From assembly GCF_030684315.1 (NCBI RefSeq), contig NC_081371.1:5721550-5785549 (forward strand): a DNA stretch of 64,000 nucleotides. Direction: 5' to 3'. The translations under genes were made by a program, and so were the position numbers. The notes under the pieces are model-generated. The model worked only from the letters and a program-made list of their open reading frames with translations, was not told the DNA's origin and searched no databases. Shown here one piece after another: positions 52,565-61,935 of the stretch (position 1 is the stretch's first letter; each line of letters starts with the position of its first letter). Origin of the DNA: Stegostoma tigrinum. Lineage: Eukaryota.

Positions 52565-53410
52565 GTCTTGCACCAAACTGCACATAATATTCCAAGTGTG
52601 ATCTCACCAAGGTCCTGTTTAGCTGCAGCATGACACACCTGCCCCTGTGTTTAAATATTCTTGTTACAAGGACATATGTACCATTTGCCTTCTTTACTAC
52701 CTGCTGCACATCCATGCTTACCTTATGCAACTGGTGTAGGAGGACATCCGGGCTTTGTTACATATTCCCCTCAATTTCTAGTCAAGTAATAATCTGCCTT
52801 GTTTTTGATAGCAAATGTCACATTTGTCGTCATTATACTTCCTCTGCCATGTATTCGCCCATGTACTCAGCTTGTCCAAATCACATTGAAGCTTCTTTGC
52901 ATTGTGCTCACTGCTCACCCTCCCACCGAGCTTTGTGTCATCTGCAAATTTGGAATATAATATTTCGTTCACTCAGCTGTATCATTAATGTATATTATGA
53001 ATAGTTGGGATCCTAGCACTGATTCTTCAGATGCTCCACATGGAAAAAGATCCATTTATTCTTACACTTTACTTCTTGTTTGTCAAGCAGTTTTTATCCA
53101 TCTTAATACACTACCCTCAATCCCATGTAGTTTATTACTTTTACATGCCAATCTCTTCTCTGGGACTTTTAAATTGACTTTAGCATTTTCCCCACTACTG
53201 ATCTCAGGCGGACTGATCTACACTTCCTGGTGTTCTCTCCACCTCCCATTTGAAATACAGGGGTTACAATAGCTAGCCTGTTTGAAATGTTCCAATGTCT
53301 ATGGAAGTTTAGAAGATGACCAATGTATCCACTACTTTCAGAGCCACTTCCTTAGTTACTCTGGGGCATCGATCATAAGGCCCTAGAGGATTATCAGTCT
53401 TCAGTCTTGA
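52565..53410 (-). mobile_element. Decayed CR1 RT region with internal deletions
   Basis: SKFADDTKLGG..LQCDLDKL..WA..WQ (ORF 52778); LVRSHLEYYVQF (ORF 52536). Confidence 0.85.
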
Positions 53411-53847
53411 CTTTGACAAAATGAATATGAAATGATATTATTTTGTTCAAAATCTACTTGCATGGCAAGTCCACATCCGTACAAATGCACTTAATCTCCA
53501 TTATAGGGATTGTATTACTGCAAAACCTGGGTGCCAATAGTCAACAGTGTGCTAATATTGGAAGTACTGATCCAGTGGAGTTCAAATTCATGTAAACCAG
53601 ACAGGATGTTTTGGGAGTTACTATGAGGCCTACTGAGCTTTGCCAGAATTTTCTGATTTTATTTCAGATTTCCAGCATCCACAATATTTAGCTTTTATTT
53701 GATTTTTATCATCATTTTGGTTACCTTCTTGTTGTTCCAATTTTCTCCTTCCTCTCTGAGAGGACGGGCAATTACTTTACTGGAGTAGGTCTATCACAGG
53801 TGCAACGGCCATAATCAGCATCTTCTGTCATAGCTCCTTCATTATCT

Positions 53848-54168
53848 TGATTAGATTAGATTCCCTGCAGTATGGAAACAGGGCCTTTGGCCCAACAAGT
53901 CCAAATTGCCCTTTGGGACATTCCACCCAGATCCATCCCACTACAACCCACCCACCCCCGAACACTACAGTCAATTTAACATGGCCAACCCACCTAGCGG
54001 GCACATCTTTGGACTGTGGGAGGAAACCGGAGCAACTGGAAGAAACCCACGCAGACACGGGGAGAATGTGCAAACTTCACACAGACAGTTCCCTGAGGCT
54101 GGAATCGAACCTGGGTCCCTGGCGCTATGAGGCTGCAGTGCTAGCCAATGAGCCACCGTGCCACCCAA
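53848..54168 (-). mobile_element. HE1/V-SINE-like SINE, well preserved
   Basis: Minus-strand head GGTGGCACGGTGGCTCATTGG, B-box GGTTCGATTCC (54101-54111), V-domain core, (ATCTA)n tail. Confidence 0.92.
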
Positions 54169-55062
54169 TTGGTGCTGTGGCTTCTTGCGGTGTGAATTCA
54201 GTCGTTATTCAAATATTATAAAGATGACTCTCAATCATCCTCAATGGCCCAAAATGTCCTCCACTTCAAGCCATGCCCATCCCACCACAATTGGCCCCTC
54301 ACATCCTCCATGCCAAATTACGCCCTTCACTCGTCCCCAGTCATCCCAACATCCCACCAACCCAACCCACGCTTGGCCACCCTAAATGGCCACAATTCTC
54401 CTTCATAACCTGTGCCTGAAACTCACCTCCAGCACAGTCCCTTGTAGCCCATCTGTCAAATCATAAACCGCCACTCATTTTCATGGTTCCTTTTGATTCC
54501 TATGTCAAATCATGCCAACCCACATTCTCCAATTATTACCCTTTTCCCTGGCAACCTCCATTAAACATCACAGTAACAAGACAAGCTCAGATAAAATAAA
54601 ATTGTAGTTTCTATTTGTATCCATTACCGATGGAAGATATTTTTAAAAACTCATTTACGCAGCCTATTCAATACACCTAAATCCTTTACAATCTTCCATC
54701 CCTTATTAAATTAGTTGTATTCACAACTGAAATTAAAGACAGTGTAAAGCTCACGTCTTTTTTAAATATATTTTTGATTGTGGACTGGAAAAGGACTGCT
54801 TTATTTAAAAAAAAGGATTGTTGAAGGACAGTTGAACTTTTGCAAAAGGAAGTAACCGGATATTATAATAAGCACTATTTACTCTATAGTGTGTTCAAGC
54901 AATGGGGGGAGTCTTGGACAAACCAAACCCAAGGGCAAAGTATAATCAGGGACAGTAGCTAGCAACAAGTAGCTGATTAGTCTGTGGACTGGTGACTACT
55001 TACCAAAAATAAAAAGGTCTTCTATCTGCCAAAAACTGTGTGAATGACTTACAGGTACCCAA

Positions 55063-57809
55063 ACAAAGTCAAAAATCACACCAGGCTATTGTCCAACATG
55101 ATTATTTGAAATCACAAGCTTTCAAACCGCAGCCCCTTCATCAGGTGCAGTGAGAGGAGAGCACACAGAATTGCATTTATAGACAGAGAGATCAAAGGAT
55201 CATATAACTGGTGAGTGGGGTGAACAACCCTAAAATGGCTGACTGACTGCCTCCTGCTGAATCTTTAATGGTTCATACATTCTTGCATTCTAGAAATTGC
55301 AGACGCAGAGTAGGGAGAACTCTGCTAGAAAAGAGACGCTAGGTTTGATTGATTAAGATGCAAATTCCAGAACCTGTTTCAAGTCACTGCCCCAAAACAG
55401 TTAAAGGTTTCATCAGAGCCTGCATAACTGTTCAAACTTCAAACAGACAGCTGACATCTCAGGTCAGAAACTGAACTGAGGGTGTGAGGCCTTGTCTAGA
55501 ATCTGTCTTAGAGTTTTAGCCTGGGATCAGGTTTGTTTTATTCCGAAAACAGGAATTTATAAAATGGCACACTGACTGATTGTGACTACAAATTGTATGT
55601 TTCTTGAACAAAATAGAGCGTATCCGCAAATAAACAAACAGGTTAGATGAAATGATTCACCCCATTGGTTTATATCTGTGTAAGCACAAGAGGGAGACAG
55701 TACGCTTACGACAGCACACGACTGCTGAAGTGTTCCCTGACTGGGAGGAAGCACTTCTGAATGGTGACTGTTGGACAATGTTGATTCATCCATTGTCATA
55801 GCATCTGCATGGTCTTGCCAATATACCATGCCCTGGGGCTGCTTTGCCTGCTGTGCATGAAATAGACAACGTTAGCTGAGTCACAAGTATCTGTTGCGTA
55901 CATGGTGGGTTGCGTTCCCATGTGCGATGGTAGCATCCAAGTTGACGATCTGACATGTCTTGCAGAGATTGGCAGGATTGTGCGATGATGTGGCTGATGC
56001 TGTCCTGAAGACCGGGTAGTGAACAATGGTCTGTTAAAGGTTGGGCGGTTGTTTGAAGGTGAGAAGTGGAGGCACACGGAAGATTGGGAGTTGCACATCG
56101 TCATTGATGACATGTTGAAGGCTGCAGCAAACAGGGCATCGTTTCTCTACTCCAGGGAAGTTTTGGACAACTCTATTTGTCTTATCCTGGGCCTGTCTTT
56201 TGAGGAGGATGTTGCAGTTTTTCACCATGGCATGTTGGTAGGGACAACTAATGAGTTGAACATCATATCCCGTTCTTATGAGGACATCCTTCAAAATCTT
56301 TCAGTGTCCACTGCATTCTCATCTGAGCAGATCTTGTGTATATGCAAGGCTTGTCTGCAGTGGATGGCTTTTATTAAAAATATGCTTTGGGTGGAAGCTA
56401 GAGAAATACAGCATCATGAGGTTATCCATGGGCTTGCGGTATAGTGAGGTGCCATGGTGTCCGTCCTTGATGGAGATGCATGTGTCCAAGAATGAAACTG
56501 ATTCTAAAGAGTAGTTCATGGCAAGTCTGATGGTAGGATGAAACTTGCTGGTATTGCTATGTATTTGTCTCAGCAATTCCTCTCCCTAAGTCCAAAGGAA
56601 GAAAATGTCATCAATGTATCAGGTGTATAATGTTAGTCGGAGGTTCTGCGCAGCAAAGTAGCCCTGCTTGAACTTGTGGATGAAAATATTGAGATACTGG
56701 GGGACAAATTTAGTCCCCATGGCTGTTCCACGCGTCTGGATGAAGAATTGGTTGTTGAAAGTGTTGTCAGCAAGGATGAAGCAGATGAGTTGTAGACTGG
56801 CGTCTGGAAATTGGCAGTTGCTGGTATTCAGTACTGAGGCTGTTGCAGCCATGCTGTAATTATGGGGGATGCAGCTGTAGAGTGCCAACAGATCTATTGT
56901 GATGAAGAATATTCTGTTCGATTGGTCCGTGGGTGCCGGGTTTGTGTCAGAAATCTGTAGTGTCACAACAGAAGCTGGGAGTTCCTGGCACAATGGTTTT
57001 CCAGATACCCTCAACATAGCCAGAGAGGCTGTCACACAGGTTCCCATTGCCTGATACGATGAGATGTCCAGGTGTTTTGGCCTTGTGTATCTTTGGAAGG
57101 CAACAGAAGTCCCCTATGCCGGATGAGTGCAAGGCATACGCTGTAGGGCTGGATCAAAAGTCTTAATCAGTCTGTTGAGTTGATGGGTGTGTTCTTTAGT
57201 TGAATTAGCAGGCAGTTATCTGTAATGTTCCCAGATGTCCAGTTGTTGTTGTATTATTTTGCTGCTATCCATTATATTCTGTATGATAATGGCTCCTCCT
57301 TTGTCTGATTTGATGATAATGTTGTAATTGGTCTTGAGCATGGATGGCTTTGCGCTGTGCTTAGATGACATTCTGTGCTATCTTCTGAGTTCAGTTGACA
57401 AATCTGGCATTAACGCATCTCCTGACAACTTGAGCATACATGTCGAGCCTGGGGCGGGGCCTTCTGGAGGGGAGAGACTTGGAATGCATTCTGGAATTCG
57501 CAACTTGATCAAAACTTGCATCTCCTTTCTAACAGAATGCTCCACATCCGGCTTTTGCAATTTCTAGAATGCAGGAACAGGCGGCAGTCAGCCAGCCATT
57601 TTGGGTTTGTTCACTCCACTCATACTAGTTGTATGAGCCTTTGCTATGTCTGCCCATCATCCCTCAGCTGATAAACTTTGTGTCTGTGTGCCATCCTCTC
57701 AATGCACCTGTCAAAGGGGCTGCACTCTGAAAGCTTGTGATTTCAAATAAACCCATTGGGCCATAACCTGGCGTTATGCAAATTTTGACTTTGTCCACCC
57801 CAGTCCAAA
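55063..57809 (-). mobile_element. Penelope-like element (family D): decayed RT + GIY-YIG on minus strand with ~240-bp inverted terminal copy
   Basis: CLPKIHK..TPG..IVSG; TIDLLALYSCIPH; FIQTRGTAMGTKF.P.Y.NIF; YIDDIF; VSFLDT; CDSANVVY..WYIGKT. Arms ~55063-55305 / ~57553-57794. TSD ACAGGTACCCAAACA / ACAGGTACCTGAACA (55051-55065 / 57810-57824). Confidence 0.92.
55113..55147 (-). ncRNA. Minimal hammerhead ribozyme motif (family D); decayed partner at 57705-57739 (+)
   Basis: Minus strand CAC-CUGAUGA-AGGGGC(UGCG)GUUU-GAAAG-CUU-GUG; 3-bp stem I CAC/GUG; palindromic AAGCUU stem III; stem II partly decayed to G-U pairs. Confidence 0.62.
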
Positions 57810-58499
57810 ACAGGTACCTGAACAGCATTTGGTGGTAGTGCTGCTGATAGTGGGCAAGTGAATTTCAGGCAGAAGCCATTAGATCTGTAAAAAGTCATGG
57901 GCTCTCTATTTTCCTCTGTTTTGGAGACCACCACGAGCCTGGAGAAAGCCAGCTTGTTTTTCCATTGGTGGCTGCTGTGGTCTATATCTTGCACAAGCAA
58001 TGAGGGTTTCTTGAGAGAGAGTTGGAAAGCAGCATGTCTTGATGTTGATCTCAGTGGACCCTGTCAACTGAGACATTGAAGTGCTTCCCAGTCTTTCCCT
58101 TCCAGTTATCACATCCTTTCTTTTTCTTTACAGTGTCTCTGTATGTTTGTGCAGGGTAATGTTTTAAGTGGGATGTGGCAAAGTTTTAATGAGTGGAATA
58201 ATGTATTGACAGTTCATAATTCTTTCTGGATTAAAATGTATTTATTTATGACGTACAGAAATCATGCTGTCAACTCTGGTCTAAAAGACATGTAAATCAG
58301 GATATTTTGCCCTTTTTTTGGAAATCTTTAAGTTTTGTGACAACACCAGAATAGCAAGGCCTGATTTCCAATACGCTGCCCCAATGAGTTGTGACAATAA
58401 TTAATCCTTTCATAACTTCTCTGAGCTTGCAATCAAACTGTTACAATGACAGGTTTTTGAGCCAATCAAACTGTAACATTGCTATAGTGACAGCACTTA

Positions 58500-58797
58500 G
58501 GACAGGGCAGTGGTTAGCACTGTTGCCTCAGCACCAGGACCCAGGTCTGATTTCAGCTTTCGGCAACTGTTTAATGCTCTTCCTGTATCTGTGTGGGTTT
58601 CTGCTGGGTGCTGTGGCTTCCTCCCAAAGTCCAAAGATGTGCTGTTAGGCAGATGGGCCCTGTAAAATTGACTCGTGTCCAAGGATGTACAAGTTAGGCG
58701 GGTTAGCATCGTAAATGCAGGGGTTACGGGGATTGGACAGCATGCTGTTTGGAATGTCAATGCAGATCGATGTATTTTGCAGTATACAGACTCTATG
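58500..58797 (+). mobile_element. Degenerate HE1/V-SINE-like SINE
   Basis: CAGTGGTTAGCACTGTTGCCTCAGCACCAGGACCCAGG..TCTGTGTGGGTTTC..TTCCTCCCAAAGTCCAAAGATGTGC..CTCTATGA. Confidence 0.75.
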
Positions 58798-59361
58798 AGT
58801 CATTGTGTATTTCCTTATTTTGTCTTTCCAAATATATGACCAACCCTTTCCTGGATTGAATTCCACTTACCATTTCTCTGCCACCTGATTTATTCATTTA
58901 TATCTTGGCTTCATGGAGATTCTAATTTAGGTACTGGAAATACAATAATTACTGTAAATAACTATTTTCCTGGTATTTTTTGTCAACTCAAGTAAAATTG
59001 GTTGCATGGATTTGATTATTCTTTGGACAACAACTGTTTTTGGCTTATGCATGAAACTAAACAGCAAATCATCAGCATGCTACTTCGCGGGAGTACCACT
59101 GCCTCTCCAAATCAAATTCTGTTTTCTCATAGCGTATCAGGAATTAGTCAGATATAAGCAAGGCACAATGCGCATTTCTGTTTACCTAACACTGTATATA
59201 GAGTACCTACTGTATAAACATTCCCATCTCCACTAAAGTAACAAATTGCTTACACGTCTATTTAACTAAAATGTCATCAAACATGGCTAAAAAGCAAGTG
59301 AAGGAAGGAAAAATGATATGATGGGGTTTTGTAAAGGAAAATAGTCACAGTGTAACAGAGA

Positions 59362-60930
59362 CAAGAACGTAAGAACTAGGAGCAGGAGTAGGCCATCCAG
59401 CCCCTCGAGCCTGCCTGGCCATTCAATAAGATCATGGCTGATCTTTTTGAGACTCAGATCCACTTACCGGCTCACACGCGATAAATCTTACTGTACAAAA
59501 ATTTATCTATCCTTGCCTTAAACACATTCAGCAAGGTAACTTCAACCGCTTCACTGGGCAGGGAATTCCACAGATTCACAACCATTTGGGTAGAGATGTT
59601 CCTCCTGACCTCTGTCCTACATCTGCTTCCCTTTATTGTGAGGCTATGCCCTCTAGTCCTAGTTTCACCAGCTAGTGGAAACAACCTCCCTGCCTTCACC
59701 TTAACTATTCTCTTCGTAATCTTATATGTTTCTATAAAATCTCCCCTCATTCTTCTGAAATTCCAATCAGTATAATCCCAATCTACTCAGTCTCTCCTCA
59801 TAATCCAACCCTCTCAACTCTGTAATCAACCAAGTGAATCTCCTCTGCAGAGCTAGTATATCTCTTCTCAAGTAAGGAGACCAAAACTGCACACAGTACT
59901 CCACCTGTGGCCTCACCAGGACCCTATACAGCTGCAGCATAGCCTCCCTGTTTTTAAACTCGATCCCTCGAGCAATGAAAGAAAAAATTCCATTTGCCTT
60001 TTTAATTACCTGCTGCACCTGCAGTCCTACTTCTAGCGATTCATGCACAAGGATACCCAAGGCCCTCGACACAGCAGTGTGCTGCAATTTTTACCACTTA
60101 AAACATAGTTCATTTTGCTGTTATTCCTACTAAAATGGATGACGTCACATTTGTCAACATTGTACTCCATCTGCCAGACCTTTGCCCACTCACTTAGACT
60201 ATCTATACAGCTCTGAAGACTTTCAGTGTCTTCTGCACACTTTGCTTGACCACTCACCTTAGTGTCATCTGCAAATTTTAACACACCACACTTAGTCTCC
60301 AACTCCAAATCAACTGTGTAAATTGTAAACAATTGCGGTCCCAACACTGATCTCTGAGACACACCACTAGCCAGTGACAGCCAACCAGAAAAACACCCAT
60401 TTACCCCTACCCTTTGCTTTCTACTGGTCAACCAATCCTCTATCCAAGCTAATACATTACCTGTAATACCATGCAACTTTATCTATGTAGCAGCCTTTGG
60501 TGTGGCACCTTGTCAAATGCCTTCTGGAAATCCAGATACACCACATCCACAGGTTCCCCCATTGTCCACCATGCAAGTATGGTCCTCAAAGAATTCCATC
60601 AAATTAGTTAAACTTGACCAACCTTTGTGAACCCATGATAACAAAGTGTGAAGTTGGATGAACACAGCAGGCCAAGCATCTTGGATTCTCCAGCATCTGC
60701 AGTTCCCATTATCTCTCTTTGTGAACCCATGCTGGGTGTTTCCAATGGGACAATATATATCCAGATGTCTTGCTATTTCTTCCTTAAATGATTGATTCAA
60801 GCACTTGCCCCACTACTGAAGTTAAGCTAACTGGCCCATAGTTACCTGCTTTTTGTCTCCTTCCTTTTTTTACATTGGCTGTTTTCTAATCTGCGGGAAC
60901 CACCCCAGGGTCCAGTGAATTTTGGTACAT
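59362..60930 (-). mobile_element. CR1 LINE RT and 3' end, 5'-truncated
   Basis: WIEDWL..RKQRVG..SGVSQRSVLGPQLF.IY..KFADDTK; LVRPQVEYCVQFWSPY; LRGDFIETYKI..TRGHSL. Confidence 0.93.
60638..60716. mobile_element. 79-bp collapsed PLE palindrome (family A)
   Basis: Outer ~40 nt of an inverted arm fused directly to the forward tail TTGGATTCTCCAGCATCTGCAGTTCCCATTATCTCT. Perfect 15-bp TSD CTTTGTGAACCCATG (60623-60637 / 60717-60731). Confidence 0.9.
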
Positions 60931-61009
60931 TTGTTCACAAGAAGCTTGGCATTATTTTCAAACAACTGGTGTAGGCTATGTCATCTCTCGAATGGGTGAA
61001 CTGAATACA

Positions 61010-61310
61010 TTGGCTGAGCAGTAATTTCACTGTGCCAGTAATTCAGAGCTTTAAACTAATACTCCAAATAATAAGCCAACAGTGAAATATGAATTCAATT
61101 TTTAAAAAAAACTGGCATTGAAAGCTACTCTAATGCCTAATAGCGCCTATTGCTGATTGTTGTAAAACCCAACCAGCGCCCCTTCAGGAAGGAAATCTAC
61201 TGCCCTTACCTGGTCTGGCTTCCAGATTCAGAGCAATGTGGCTGGATCTTAACTGCGCTCTTACACTGTGTTCAAATATAATTTGGGTCAGGCGAAAAGT
61301 ACTGACTTTG
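61010..61310 (+). mobile_element. SacSINE1/DeuSINE-like SINE directly upstream of the promoter
   Basis: CCCTTCAGGAAGGAAATCTACTGCCCTTACCTGGTCTGG..GCAATGTGGCTGGATCTTAACTGC, reverse complement of the 22470-22550 core. Confidence 0.65.
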
Positions 61311-61339
61311 CACACATCAACCAAAAAAAACAAAAGAGA

Positions 61340-61935
61340 TCGGCTGAGGCGGCATCACGCTCGCTGAAATCCTTGAGAGTTTCGACTGCCGCGACTCACA
61401 ATTCCAATATGGCGCCTCCACACCCGCCTTAAGCGAAAGGCACGTGCCTAACAGTCCAGCTGTGGAGGCGGGAAAAACGCCGCAAGCTCAGGGTTGGGAG
61501 GGCGGAGGGAAAGCGGACGGATTCTTCGGGCTGGAGGAGGGAGAAACGGGGCGGGGCCAAGAAGGAACAAGGATTGGCGGCAGCCAGTGCTTTTGCGGAA
61601 GGCTTGGGGTGACGTTTTAGGTGCTCGCGAGCGCGCCCGCGCGCCGCTAGATTCCTGAAGAGGTGGCTGCGCTTGCGCGATCTTTCCGATGTGAGAGGGA
61701 GAGGGAGAGGTAGCGGTAGCGTGAATGTGAGTGAGTGAGCCACCGGGGAAGAACTATGGAAGGGGTCGCTAATCGGTGGCGATGGCGGCTCTGTCCCCGG
61801 TACACGGGGTACGGACTCTCGATGAGACGTCTCATCGGCATCTACAGCTCCTTCTCGCTGGTGGCTTCGCTGCTGTTATGTCTCCCTGCTCCTGGCAGCC
61901 TGACTGGTGAGTAGCGGTCCCTGCTCCGTTGTTCG
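61340..61935 (+). promoter_or_regulatory. CpG-island, TATA-less promoter / 5' UTR
   Basis: Densest non-repeat CpG cluster in the window. YY1-like CAATATGGCGCC 61405-61416; GC box GGGGCGGGGC 61548-61557; inverted CCAAT 61573-61577; CRE half-site TGACGT 61610-61615; GCTCGCGAGC palindrome 61623-61632. Confidence 0.85.
61756..61906 (+). CDS. First coding exon of an unidentified secreted or type I membrane protein (long signal peptide); intron runs beyond the window
   Basis: Kozak actATGG; MEGVANRWRWRLCPRYTGYGLSMRRLIGIYSSFSLVASLLLCLPAPGSLT (basic n-region, hydrophobic h-region, small residues) ending at a consensus phase-1 donor CTG|GTGAGT; lies within the CpG island. Confidence 0.72.

Noticed and set aside
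61429-61841. Minus-strand ORFs (104 aa, 64 aa) over the CpG island
   Set aside because: Non-ATG or weak starts, low-complexity translation, expected by chance in GC-rich DNA.
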